NCBI GenBank assembly: GCA_030524175.1
Contig: JAUNHC010000010.1
Location: 68,411-132,410 of the forward strand
Source of the DNA: Eubacteriales bacterium
Lineage (GTDB): Bacteria > Bacillota > Clostridia > Lachnospirales > Lachnospiraceae
Reading direction: 5' to 3'
DNA length: 64,000 nt
Part shown: piece by piece, positions 18,973 to 28,750 of the stretch
Numbering within the stretch: position 1 is the stretch's first letter
How the letters are laid out: the number at the start of each line of letters is the position of its first letter
Translations under genes and position numbers: made by a program
The notes under the pieces: generated by a model
Database searches by the model: none
What the model was told of the DNA's origin: nothing
Seen by the model: the letters and a program-made list of their open reading frames with translations, nothing else

Positions 18973-20751
18973 TTACATCCACGGAATTGTTAATATAACT
19001 GTGGTTCCCTCATCAGGAATACTTTCTATTCCCAGACCGTATTTTTCCGAATAGAGAAGCTGGATTCTTTGATGGATATTTACAAGCCCGATATTAAAGC
19101 ATTCCATTTCTTCCTCCACCTCTTCAGGCTCATAAATCCTCTTCCGGATTCTTTCCAGATTTGTCTCATCTATGCCTGCTCCACTGTCGCTGATACGGAT
19201 GATAAGATCTTCTTTAAAACGTTCCGTAGAAATTATGATCTCAAAGGGCTTTTCCTGGTCAGTCATTCCATGTTCAATAGCGTTTTCGATAATGGGCTGC
19301 AGCATAAACCTCATTACTTTGCGCTTCTCTGACCCCTCTTCCAGACCCAGCCTCAGATGGATCTCATTGCCGAAACGGACCTCCTGGATATTTAAGTATT
19401 GCCGAATATGGCTGATTTCCCGTTCCAGACGCACAAAGTCACCTTCATAGTCCATACTGTACCTCAGCATATCTCCCAGTGATTTGGACATGATCCCAAT
19501 CTGCTTATTTCCCTCTATCTGTGCAAGGCACGAAATATTCTCCAACGTGTTAAAAATAAAATGTGCATTGATCTGGGATGTAAGATTACGCAGTCTGGAC
19601 TTCAGTATTTTAATTTCATTTTCATATTTTTCCTGGATCAGGCTGTCAATCTGATGAATCATTTTCTCATAATAAGAATATAAAATCCCTATCTCATCCT
19701 GCCGTTCCTTATAATCGTTGTGGAACAAAAAACCCTGCTCTGTGGTATTCCCCATGATCTGCGCCAGCCTTACAATAGGCCGTATATTGCTTTTGTCCAT
19801 ATAGAAGACAATGATGAGGATCACCAGCACATCAATTACTATTAAAACCAGCAGTATCCGGCTGTTCCTAATATAAAAATCATGATAGGATTCAAAGGAT
19901 ATATTAGAAATCACAACCCAGTCATTTATACTCAAGGTTCCGTAAACAAAAGCATTCCTCACATCCTCTGTACGGATGATCCCGCTCTCTTCTCTGGATA
20001 ACCCCTGAATCTGCCCCTTGGTCAAAGGAGTGTCTTCCCAGCTTCCGCAAAGCACATTTCCGTCTCCGTCTACAATAAGGCTGTTTCCCCAGGGAAGATG
20101 ATTGTCACGGCTTACATCGTCGAAAATCCTGTCTCTGCCTACTACTGCCAGGACAGCCTTTTCTGTCCCTTTCACAGACTGGAACTTCCGTGCGGTTAAA
20201 AAGCATTTCCCGCTTTTTCCATACACATTGATTGGGATATCCACCATGTCTGCAATTTCCAGACTGTCTCCGCTTTCCAGCAGATCCTTGTACCACCGGG
20301 CTTCCAGATAATTTTTCTCTATCCCATAGTTTTGGTTTACCATATAGGAATATACATGACCGTTTTCACAGAACAGATATACACCATCCACGTTGCTGGC
20401 ATTCTCCAGAAGGTTTGTACAAATGTACTTAAACATTCTGTAATTTTTCAAACGCTGGCTTTTCGTAATGGATTTGTCACTGCCCTCCTGCTGGCAGAGA
20501 CTTGTCATACAGTTTACGCCATCATAGTTGCTGAAAAGAAGAGATTCCAGAAGCTTCTGTACGTCTGCATAGTTTTCGTTGATCCTTGTTGTGATCCTAC
20601 GGACCTCATTCTTGCTTGCCTGTTCAATCTGATTATTGTAAAAATTGCGGTTACTCTGCAATGTATAAAATGAAAAAAACAAAACCGGCAGAACAGATAC
20701 AGCCAGCAGACTCAAAAAATACTTCATGCGGATTCTCTTAATAAACTTCAT
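18973..20751 (-). CDS. YesM-like sensor histidine kinase
   Basis: 2 TM + HAMP, SQINAHFIFNTLE, LQPIIENAIEHG, GLVNIHQRI. Confidence 0.9.
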   Translation of the reverse strand: MKFIKRIRMKYFLSLLAVSVLPVLFFSFYTLQSNRNFYNNQIEQASKNEVRRITTRINENYADVQKLLESLLFSNYDGVNCMTSLCQQEGSDKSITKSQRLKNYRMFKYICTNLLENASNVDGVYLFCENGHVYSYMVNQNYGIEKNYLEARWYKDLLESGDSLEIADMVDIPINVYGKSGKCFLTARKFQSVKGTEKAVLAVVGRDRIFDDVSRDNHLPWGNSLIVDGDGNVLCGSWEDTPLTKGQIQGLSREESGIIRTEDVRNAFVYGTLSINDWVVISNISFESYHDFYIRNSRILLVLIVIDVLVILIIVFYMDKSNIRPIVRLAQIMGNTTEQGFLFHNDYKERQDEIGILYSYYEKMIHQIDSLIQEKYENEIKILKSRLRNLTSQINAHFIFNTLENISCLAQIEGNKQIGIMSKSLGDMLRYSMDYEGDFVRLEREISHIRQYLNIQEVRFGNEIHLRLGLEEGSEKRKVMRFMLQPIIENAIEHGMTDQEKPFEIIISTERFKEDLIIRISDSGAGIDETNLERIRKRIYEPEEVEEEMECFNIGLVNIHQRIQLLYSEKYGLGIESIPDEGTTVILTIPWM

Positions 20752-20833
20752 ATATGCCTCCATATCTCTTCCAACGTTTCTCAAACACTATCTGTATTAT
20801 ACGGGCATTTATTCTTTTATACAATTTACATTC

Positions 20834-21667
20834 TTATCCCTTTACTGCTCCCACAGTAAGTCCGCTCACAAAATATCTCTGAAGGAAGGAATAAATGATC
20901 AAAATCGGCAGAGCGCTTAAAAAGCATGCGGCAAACAGCATGTTCCACTGGGTAGCATTCTCCATATCCCCGATAAAATTCAGCATCATCAAGGGCAAGG
21001 TCTTTTTCGTGGGCGCTGACAGAAACAGCATTCCGAAAAAGAAGTCATTCCATATAGGAACTCCCTGGGTGATGACCAATGAAGAAAGGGCCGGCTTTGT
21101 CAGAGGAATGACAACCCTTACAAAGGTATAAGGCACACTGGCGCCGTCAATTCTCGCCGCCTCTTCCAGACTGTATGGCACGCCCGACTTTATAAAGTTG
21201 GTATATAAAAAAATGGAAAATGGAAGTGCCGCTGTAACATAGAGTGCAATGGGCGCTGCAATTGTATTACCAATGCCTATTTTATTTATGATCCTGTACA
21301 TAGGAATGATAGACATCTGTGCAGACACGATCATTCCTGCCAAAAAGAAAATCTGAAGGAAACTTCCCAGCTTTCCTTTCAAACGTGCAATTGCATATCC
21401 TGCCATAGAGCAGAAAATCAACAGGAGGATAACGCTGATAATGGTGATCAGCAGACTGTTTTTCAGCGAGCGGAAGTAATTCATTTTTTCAAAAGCAGCC
21501 GCGTAGCTCTCCAGAGTCACACTTCTGAACAACTGAAGATAATTGGAGGTATCCTTTAAATTGCGGAAGGAACCGGACAATGCAATTAATATGGGAGAAA
21601 GAAAAATCAAGAAGAACACGGCAATCCCTGCAGTGACAAATATCTCGGTTCTTGTACTTTTTTTCAT
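20834..21667 (-). CDS. Carbohydrate ABC transporter permease (MalG-like)
   Basis: EEAARIDGAS EAA motif, WNDFF. Confidence 0.92.
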   Translation of the reverse strand: MKKSTRTEIFVTAGIAVFFLIFLSPILIALSGSFRNLKDTSNYLQLFRSVTLESYAAAFEKMNYFRSLKNSLLITIISVILLLIFCSMAGYAIARLKGKLGSFLQIFFLAGMIVSAQMSIIPMYRIINKIGIGNTIAAPIALYVTAALPFSIFLYTNFIKSGVPYSLEEAARIDGASVPYTFVRVVIPLTKPALSSLVITQGVPIWNDFFFGMLFLSAPTKKTLPLMMLNFIGDMENATQWNMLFAACFLSALPILIIYSFLQRYFVSGLTVGAVKG

Positions 21668-22542
21668 CAGGCCTCAAGCTCCTTTCTCTTCATGATCGTG
21701 AGGGCGATCACAGAAACGATCAGAATGAAAATAAAGGCCATGGCTGCCAGAGCCTCTGCTTTTCCATACTGCATTTCAACAAACGCCATCTTATAGATAC
21801 TGTACATCAATGTGGATGAAGATTTTCCAGGGCCTCCGCCTGTAAGTGCAAAAATATAATCAAAGGACTTAAAACCGCCGATGAGGCCAAGCATCACATT
21901 TACAGTAATGGTATTGGACAGCATGGGAATCTTTACATACCGGATCGCCTGCCATCCTGTACACCCATCTATCTTGGCCGATTCTATGACCTCCTCTGAG
22001 ATATTCTGTAATCCGGCAAGATAAATAATGGTCATTGTTCCTGAAGTCTTCCATGTTTCTACAAAAGCCGCTGCGAACAGGGATAACCCTCTGGTGCCCA
22101 GAAGATTAGGTGCTGTCCCAAGATTGAGACTGGTAAACAGTTCAGAAAGAAGTCCATAATGAGGTGCATACACATATCCCCACAAAAACGCAACTACTAT
22201 GGTACTGAACAAGGCGGGTATATAAAATATGGTCCGGAACACACCTCTGGCACGAAGCTTCATATTGAGGATCAAAGCCAGGGTAAGTGCCTGTACATTT
22301 CCCCAAATGACCACAAACAGAGTATATTTAATGGTATTTCCCATAGAATTGAACAATGTTCCCTTCTCAATGAGATTCTGGTAATTCTTTAGTCCGATCA
22401 TCTCATAGGCACCGGTCCCCCTCCAGTCTGTCAGACCGTAAAAAAATGACATGAGAACCGGTGAAATCCAAAATATCAAATAGAATATCAATGCCGGAAC
22501 AATAAACAGCAGAAGCACATTTCTTCTTCTCTTATCGAGCAT
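21667..22542 (-). CDS. Carbohydrate ABC transporter permease (MalF-like)
   Basis: AGLQNI..VIESAKIDG EAA motif, TGGGP. Confidence 0.92.
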   Translation of the reverse strand: MLDKRRRNVLLLFIVPALIFYLIFWISPVLMSFFYGLTDWRGTGAYEMIGLKNYQNLIEKGTLFNSMGNTIKYTLFVVIWGNVQALTLALILNMKLRARGVFRTIFYIPALFSTIVVAFLWGYVYAPHYGLLSELFTSLNLGTAPNLLGTRGLSLFAAAFVETWKTSGTMTIIYLAGLQNISEEVIESAKIDGCTGWQAIRYVKIPMLSNTITVNVMLGLIGGFKSFDYIFALTGGGPGKSSSTLMYSIYKMAFVEMQYGKAEALAAMAFIFILIVSVIALTIMKRKELEA

Positions 22543-22629
22543 ATCCTCTCTCCTTTCTTATAAAGTAAGGCATCTGTAAATGTTGATTTACAAATGCCTT
22601 ACCACTTACTTCATGTATTTATATACCTA

Positions 22630-23955
22630 TTAAGACAACTCTTCAAATTTATCCTGCATTGCCTGGCACACATCCTCCGCAATAGAATCACCTGTGATGA
22701 CTTCCTGGAAAATAGAGCACATTTCATCGGAAACACCTTCCGGCCATGCGTTGTTTAAGTTATAAATATTTTTGTAATCACTGTAACGCTCCAGATATTC
22801 ATTGATCATGTCACGAGGATCAGAAACACCGTCATAACAAATAATATCTGTGGTATTGGCAACCCATTCACTGAAAAGAGGAGAAGTTTCATCAAACCAA
22901 TATTTCATTACTAAATCGCATGCCTGCTGATGCAGTTCATCTGATGTATTGCTTGTAAACAGGGCATTAGCAGGAGTCCAGTTGTATACGAACTCTTCTC
23001 CCTCTCCATTAGACGGAACACAGAACATACCTCTTTCAAAATCTGCTGCCCCTTCATTCATCAATGCTGCATAGCCAAAGCTTCCGTCAAATATCATAGC
23101 AGCTTCACCGTCTACAAAAAGCTGACGGCTCTGATCCTGTGAAAGTCCCAGTGAATCCTCCACTACATAACCATTGTCATATAAATACTGCAGTTTAGAT
23201 ACTGTATCCACCCAGCAGTCATCAGTGAATTTTGTTTCACCTGTGTAAAGCTGTTCATCAAAATCGAAATTCTCACCGTAGATAACGGAGGCTCCAATCT
23301 GATACATTGCAAACTGGATTACAAAGCTTGAGTTGTCGCCGCAGGTTATTGGTGTATATCCCGCATCCTTCAGCTTCGCGCAGATATCAATAAACTCGTC
23401 CCAGTTTGTAGGATAAGAATCATAACCAACTTCCTTAAACATATCCTTGTTATACCATGTGGTAAGGAAGCTTGTTCCCAGAGGAAGACCATAAGTTTTT
23501 CCGTCAAAGGAATAGGTTTCCGTAATAGATGGAGTGAATTTGTCAAGTTTTTCGAACCCTGATAAATCTCTTACATAGTCTGCCGTCACTAAGTCCTCTG
23601 CCTGTTTCTGTGCCCACCAGGTAAATAAATCCGGGCCTTCGCCGCTGGCAAATTTCAGGCGTACTGTTTGCTTATACTGGTCTGTGGGAAGCTGCTCTAC
23701 TTCAATGGTGATATTGGGAAACTTCTCATGAACCAGCTCCGGAAGGATATCCAGATAAAAATCCTTGGCATCTGTACTTGGTCTTGTAGTCACCATCAAA
23801 GACAGAGTAACCGGCTCTGAAACATCCTCCAGCCCATCTCCGGCGCTCTCTGTCTGTGCCGCCGCCTCAGTATTCTCTGCGGCAAAAGCCGTGCTGCACA
23901 TCATGGTTCCCAGCATAACCGTACTAAGCAGAACACTTAACAATTTCCTTTTCAT
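22630..23955 (-). CDS. Carbohydrate ABC solute-binding protein (family 1)
   Basis: Signal peptide MKRKLLSVLL..., WYNKDMFKEVG, GEAAMIFDGS. Confidence 0.9.
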   Translation of the reverse strand: MKRKLLSVLLSTVMLGTMMCSTAFAAENTEAAAQTESAGDGLEDVSEPVTLSLMVTTRPSTDAKDFYLDILPELVHEKFPNITIEVEQLPTDQYKQTVRLKFASGEGPDLFTWWAQKQAEDLVTADYVRDLSGFEKLDKFTPSITETYSFDGKTYGLPLGTSFLTTWYNKDMFKEVGYDSYPTNWDEFIDICAKLKDAGYTPITCGDNSSFVIQFAMYQIGASVIYGENFDFDEQLYTGETKFTDDCWVDTVSKLQYLYDNGYVVEDSLGLSQDQSRQLFVDGEAAMIFDGSFGYAALMNEGAADFERGMFCVPSNGEGEEFVYNWTPANALFTSNTSDELHQQACDLVMKYWFDETSPLFSEWVANTTDIICYDGVSDPRDMINEYLERYSDYKNIYNLNNAWPEGVSDEMCSIFQEVITGDSIAEDVCQAMQDKFEELS

Positions 23956-24007
23956 TAATAAATCCTCCTTTACTTTCGTTTATTTGCATTTGTTTTTCGA
24001 TGAATCT

Positions 24008-24057
24008 ATTCTATCATGCAATAAAGTTACTTTTCTACCTGGCCTTTAGTCACTTTT
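24008..24057 (-). promoter_or_regulatory. Activator-dependent promoter with a direct-repeat pair
   Basis: TGa-TAGAAT extended -10 (24008-24016); AGT(T/C)ACTTTT repeats at 24025 and 24048 (plus strand), same layout as 26807-26856. Confidence 0.65.
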
Positions 24058-24099
24058 TTATAAAAACATTTAAACAGCGTTATTTTTTTGTACAATTCA

Positions 24100-24747
24100 T
24101 TAAATATTTTCCGGAATAAGCTGGCTGAAGGTTCTTCTAAACACAAAGGAAGAGACATAAGCAGTCCCCGAAAACCCCACAAACAGGAACAAAGAGCAAA
24201 ACCAGCCAAAAAGCGACGGAAAAAAAATCCCCAGGAGAACGGCCAATATTGGTCCTGCTGTCAAAATCCCTGCAGCTTGTATAGTACTTGGAAAATACTT
24301 CACCGCAATCACAAAGGAATTCAGGATAGTATACGGCACAGAATTTTCAAACCAGGCTTGGAGAGGAAAAACATAAATACCTGTGAGAATCCACATTATA
24401 CTGAACAAACCGCCTGCAAAAACAAGAATGCTCCCCAACACCTCACTGTCTTTCCCCAGAACAAAGATATCAATTCCCAGAGTGACTGCTACGCCAGCCA
24501 CCAACAGCCATAAAAGTGTTCCTTTTTTTAAATTTTCCTTCCACGCCGTGAGATAACTTCTGACTATGTACGACTCCTCTCCTTTTACAGCCTTTAATGT
24601 CACAGAATAAAGCGCAGAAAATGAAGCACCTATGGTCACTATAGGAATACTCGTGAGTACAAATAGCAAGTTCAGTACAAGCAAATCCCACAGCCGGTCC
24701 AGAAACCGGTATAACCATCCCCTTTCACCAAACCATCGTTCCAGCAT
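24100..24747 (-). CDS. YesL/DUF624-family membrane protein
   Basis: LVLNLLFVLTSIPIVTIGASFSALY, YLTAWKENLKKG, YVFPLQAWFEN. Confidence 0.85.
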   Translation of the reverse strand: MLERWFGERGWLYRFLDRLWDLLVLNLLFVLTSIPIVTIGASFSALYSVTLKAVKGEESYIVRSYLTAWKENLKKGTLLWLLVAGVAVTLGIDIFVLGKDSEVLGSILVFAGGLFSIMWILTGIYVFPLQAWFENSVPYTILNSFVIAVKYFPSTIQAAGILTAGPILAVLLGIFFPSLFGWFCSLFLFVGFSGTAYVSSFVFRRTFSQLIPENI

Positions 24748-24770
24748 ATTCTTGCCTCCGTCACTTTTTA

Positions 24771-25688
24771 TCAGTATATTTTTTCAACAGCATCTGTCAG
24801 ACGTATAAGCTGTTGTGTCTCAAGAACACATGTTGCATTAAACAAGTCTGTATCTTTGGAACGTGTATGTATTCCAGAAAAATTACCGATCTGCCTTTGA
24901 TAAAATTTCGCATTTACCGGATACACCTGTCTCTCAATAAAAGAAGCAATTGTAAGAAAATCTGCAAGTCCTCTCATTCTCTCCCTGTCCTTTGCGTAAG
25001 AATCACAAAGTTCTGCATAAAGCCGGGGATGAAAATTAGCCATTACTCCGCTGTATCCGGCAGCCCCCATTTCCAGACTTTCCAGCAGTGTGGAGGTATT
25101 GGCATTATAAAGCTGCAGCTCCGTACCCCTGATCACTTCCAGCTTCGCCTTAATATTCTCAAGACTGCAGCTTGTATCCTTGATGAAGTAGAATCGCCCT
25201 GTTTCCGCGCACCATCTGAGAAGCTTCGGCGAAATCACACGTTTATAAGGATAGGGACATTCATAAAATCCCAACGGCACATCATCTGGTATCATCTCCA
25301 ACAGTTTTTTCAGATTATCCAGCCATATGTCATCATCATCACATTCTCTTGCCAGACGGTTTGTCAATAAGATCACTGCATCAGCTCCTGTGCTGGCAAT
25401 AGCCGTCAATTCCTCTGCCTGGTCCTTCAGACTGTCAGAAACATGGCCGGAGCTGACGACCGGCACCCTGCCCGCTGCCTTTTCCTTTACAAATCTGCTG
25501 ATGCCTACTCGTTCTTCCAGAGATAAGAAAAACATCTCACTGGACTGACAAACAGCGAAAAGCCCCGCTGCTCCTTGGCTGATATACCATTCTATCAGCC
25601 TTTCCAATGCCTCATAATCAACATGATCGTCCTCCGTAAACGGCGTTAACATTACCGGATATACTCCTTTTGGAAATTTTCTGCACAT
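24771..25688 (-). CDS. Dihydrodipicolinate synthase / N-acetylneuraminate lyase family aldolase
   Basis: GVYPVMLTPF, GLFAVCQSSE, GFYECP, FIKDTS Schiff-base Lys. Confidence 0.85.
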   Translation of the reverse strand: MCRKFPKGVYPVMLTPFTEDDHVDYEALERLIEWYISQGAAGLFAVCQSSEMFFLSLEERVGISRFVKEKAAGRVPVVSSGHVSDSLKDQAEELTAIASTGADAVILLTNRLARECDDDDIWLDNLKKLLEMIPDDVPLGFYECPYPYKRVISPKLLRWCAETGRFYFIKDTSCSLENIKAKLEVIRGTELQLYNANTSTLLESLEMGAAGYSGVMANFHPRLYAELCDSYAKDRERMRGLADFLTIASFIERQVYPVNAKFYQRQIGNFSGIHTRSKDTDLFNATCVLETQQLIRLTDAVEKIY

Positions 25689-25765
25689 ATTGCTCCTCCT
25701 TTTTCTTTATGAGATTATCATGTATGGGCCCAAATTTTTGACGCCATGATCATATTACTAAGCTG

Positions 25766-26782
25766 CTATATTTTCAGATTCTCTGCCTTTAAATGACAGA
25801 ATGCTATATTTTCTCTCCGTAATGTATAGGTAATGTAACAATCATTTCCTTCTGATATGATTGCCGGGTAAGAATATTCCCCTTCTTCCTTTTCCAGATC
25901 AAACACTTTGTTAAAACTTCTACCATTATCCTCAGACACTGACACAGAAAGGGGTGTTCTGGCTCCCCAGCTCTTTCCCACCGGATTGTGGACAAGTACG
26001 ATCCGTCCGTCAGAAAGTCTTGTCAGATCAAGTCCGCTGTTATTATTCAGAACATTTGTCATATACGCCTCACTCCAGTTACTTCCTCCGTCATGGGAAT
26101 CACTTCGGTAAACCCTGCCTTCACTGCTGCGGAGAAGCATATGCACCACACCTTCTGTATCCTCCCACAATGTCGGCTGTATCACACCCCGATGATGAAA
26201 GGACTGAGAGCTTACAGGAATGTCCCCTTCATTTTGGCATTTCTTTTTCTCTATACCAGGAATCCCTATCAGATTACTTTGTGTAAATGTTTCCCCTCCA
26301 TCCTCTGACCAGTCCGCAAAGGCCTTCCAGGTATTTTTCTCCAGTGAACCAGGTGCTAAAACTCTTCCGCTTGTAAGCCGTATAGGTTTATTTTTCACAG
26401 GCCCTCTGCCTCCTGAATCCCCCTTCACCAGTTCCTTCTCTGGTCCAAAAGTATTGCCTCCGTCTTCGGAAATCCTGATATAAGTTCTCCAGTCAGATAT
26501 CTTCTGTCCTGTTTTATAATATAAAATGACCTTGCCACCCCCTGAGGAAAACAGAACAGGATTCCAGTGTGCCTCTGAAGATTCAGCCATACATACAGGC
26601 GGCAGGAAATCTCCGCCCTCTTTCCTCCGGCTCAAATAAATTCCCACATCCGAAGCCCCTTCCTCACTGCCCCCAAACCAGGCACACAAAAACTCACCCG
26701 ACGGAAGCTTCAAAACTGTTGACGCGTGGCATATGGCAGTGGGAGACTTTTTCATTACAAGACTTTTCTCTATCAGTATCAT
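25766..26782 (-). CDS. Sialidase-like BNR/Asp-box protein (GH33-like), no signal peptide
   Basis: Asp boxes SEDGGNTF, SEDGGETF, SHDGGSNW, SEDNGRSF; HASTV, WNPV, QPT, NNNSG, YSYP. Confidence 0.85.
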   Translation of the reverse strand: MILIEKSLVMKKSPTAICHASTVLKLPSGEFLCAWFGGSEEGASDVGIYLSRRKEGGDFLPPVCMAESSEAHWNPVLFSSGGGKVILYYKTGQKISDWRTYIRISEDGGNTFGPEKELVKGDSGGRGPVKNKPIRLTSGRVLAPGSLEKNTWKAFADWSEDGGETFTQSNLIGIPGIEKKKCQNEGDIPVSSQSFHHRGVIQPTLWEDTEGVVHMLLRSSEGRVYRSDSHDGGSNWSEAYMTNVLNNNSGLDLTRLSDGRIVLVHNPVGKSWGARTPLSVSVSEDNGRSFNKVFDLEKEEGEYSYPAIISEGNDCYITYTLRRENIAFCHLKAENLKI

Positions 26783-26806
26783 TCCGATTCCTCCTCAGCT
26801 ACAGTT

Positions 26807-26856
26807 AGTGTATCACAGTCAAAAGTTACTTTTCTGCGCAATAAGGAGTTACTTTT
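26807..26856 (-). promoter_or_regulatory. Activator-dependent promoter with a direct-repeat pair
   Basis: TGa-TACACT extended -10 (26807-26815); AGTTACTTTT at 26824 and 26847. Confidence 0.65.
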
Positions 26857-26943
26857 TACTACTGGGATATATTCGCCGCGTCCGTAGGTCTGCGGAAAAG
26901 AAATGGATATTGTTCTGCACTAAAAATGGGCCTTCCTGATAAT

Positions 26944-26984
26944 AAAAAATCAGGGAGATAAGTAGCTTATCTCCCTGAAAAAAT
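26944..26984. terminator. Bidirectional terminator-like hairpin
   Basis: TCAGGGAGATAAG / CTTATCTCCCTGA inverted repeat with flanking A-tracts. Confidence 0.6.
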
Positions 26985-27090
26985 AACGATTCGCATTTCA
27001 AGCTGCGAAGCAATTAAATTAAAGATTCACATTCAAAGTAGTGAAGCACTTAAATTAAAGGTTTGTACTTAAAGTAGCAACCCACTTAAA
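26983..27090. repeat. Three degenerate 36-bp tandem repeats
   Basis: Units 26983-27018, 27019-27054, 27055-27090; adjacent units match at 27/36 and 26/36. Confidence 0.7.
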
Positions 27091-27215
27091 CTGAGCATTT
27101 TTTTGCTTGGTTTTACCATATGCAAATCCAGCTGGAAAATCAACTATTTTTGTGGTAATAAATCATTTTTTAAAAAGTATCATTACTATCAGCATATTTT
27201 TTCTTAAACGCAACA

Positions 27216-27246
27216 GAAAAACCCCGGAAACCTTGCGGTTCCGGGG
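27216..27246 (-). terminator. Intrinsic terminator of tuf / str operon
   Basis: CCCCGGAA..TTCCGGGG hairpin with a U-tract on the minus strand. Confidence 0.7.
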
Positions 27247-27320
27247 CATCTTATGCTTGGACACACTGGCATCTTCTGACACCAGATTAAATCTATATAT
27301 AATTGGACAATAATCGAGAA

Positions 27321-28514
27321 TTATTCGATAACTGTAGCCACACGGCCTGAACCAACAGTACGTCCACCTTCACGGATAGCGAAAGTAAGACCCTGGCTCA
27401 TAGCGATTGGGTGGATCAGTTCGATTGTCATTTCGATGTTATCTCCAGGCATGCACATCTCAACGCCTTCTGGCAGGTTGCAGACACCTGTTACGTCTGT
27501 TGTTCTGAAGTAGAACTGCGGACGGTAGTTGTTGAAGAATGGTGTATGACGGCCACCCTCGTCTTTAGTCAGTACGTAAACCTGAGCGGTGAATTTTGTA
27601 TGGCAGGTGATTGTACCTGGTTTTGCAAGAACCTGTCCTCTTTCGATTTCAGTTCTCTGAACACCACGAAGCAGAGCACCGATGTTATCACCAGCCTGAG
27701 CCTCATCCAGTAATTTACGGAACATTTCGATACCAGTTACGACAACTTTACGTGTCTCTTCTTTGATACCAACGATTTCAACTTCTTCAGATACGTGAAG
27801 AACACCAGCCTCTACTCTACCAGTAGCAACTGTACCACGTCCGGTAATGGAGAATACGTCCTCTACAGGCATAACGAAAGGTTTGTCAGTTTCACGCTGT
27901 GGATCCGGAACATAGTCATCAACAGCATCCATCAGTTCAAGGATCTTGTCTCCCCATGCGCTGCTTGGATCTTCCAGAGCTTTCAGAGCAGAACCCTGGA
28001 TAACCGGGATGTCATCTCCTGGGAAGTCATACTCGCTTAACAGCTCGCGGATTTCCATCTCTACTAATTCAAGAAGTTCTTCATCGTCTACCATGTCACA
28101 TTTGTTCATGAATACAACGATGTAAGGAACACCTACCTGACGGGAAAGAAGGATGTGCTCTTTTGTCTGAGCCATAACACCGTCTGTAGCAGCAACAACA
28201 AGGATAGCGCCGTCCATCTGAGCAGCACCAGTGATCATGTTCTTAACGTAGTCAGCATGTCCTGGGCAGTCAACGTGTGCGTAGTGTCTCTTATTTGTCT
28301 CATACTCAACGTGAGCTGTGGAGATTGTGATACCACGCTCTCTTTCTTCCGGAGCCTTATCGATGTTCTCGAATGCAACTTCTTCACCGGTTCCTAATCT
28401 CTCATGCAGAGTTTTGGTGATAGCAGCTGTTAATGTTGTTTTACCATGGTCAACGTGGCCGATGGTACCAATGTTACAATGCGGTTTTGTTCTCTCAAAC
28501 TTAGCTTTTGCCAT
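27321..28514 (-). CDS. tuf: Elongation factor Tu
   Basis: [36 protein letters not shown]. Confidence 0.99.
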   Translation of the reverse strand: MAKAKFERTKPHCNIGTIGHVDHGKTTLTAAITKTLHERLGTGEEVAFENIDKAPEERERGITISTAHVEYETNKRHYAHVDCPGHADYVKNMITGAAQMDGAILVVAATDGVMAQTKEHILLSRQVGVPYIVVFMNKCDMVDDEELLELVEMEIRELLSEYDFPGDDIPVIQGSALKALEDPSSAWGDKILELMDAVDDYVPDPQRETDKPFVMPVEDVFSITGRGTVATGRVEAGVLHVSEEVEIVGIKEETRKVVVTGIEMFRKLLDEAQAGDNIGALLRGVQRTEIERGQVLAKPGTITCHTKFTAQVYVLTKDEGGRHTPFFNNYRPQFYFRTTDVTGVCNLPEGVEMCMPGDNIEMTIELIHPIAMSQGLTFAIREGGRTVGSGRVATVIE

Positions 28515-28589
28515 TTTAAAACGTCCTCCTTAAAACTTGGCTCTTTCTATCAGAGCATATTATTTTCGGTTTTAAACTTGCTATCCTTG

Positions 28590-28618
28590 ATTATATTGCA
28601 AATCAAGGATATTTGCAA
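28590..28618 (-). promoter_or_regulatory. Internal tuf promoter
   Basis: TTGCAA-17 bp-TATAAT on the minus strand; overlapped by an ATCCTTGAT/ATCAAGGAT dyad. Confidence 0.7.
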
Positions 28619-28750
28619 GTATTTCTTTTGTATGCGGAATCCCGATTCACTTATCCGGTGCCTTCGGCTTACCTTTATCAAGTCACCTCGAGAGACCTTT
28701 ACACTAAACTCGCTTTTGGCCTAAGGGCTTGTGCTTATCAGTGCTTTAAA

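Noticed and set aside
26983-27090. 36-bp repeats as a CRISPR array
   Set aside because: Units are contiguous without spacers and only ~73% identical
28625-28745. Possible ncRNA between fusA and tuf
   Set aside because: Only short hairpins; cannot be assigned to a family without a covariance search
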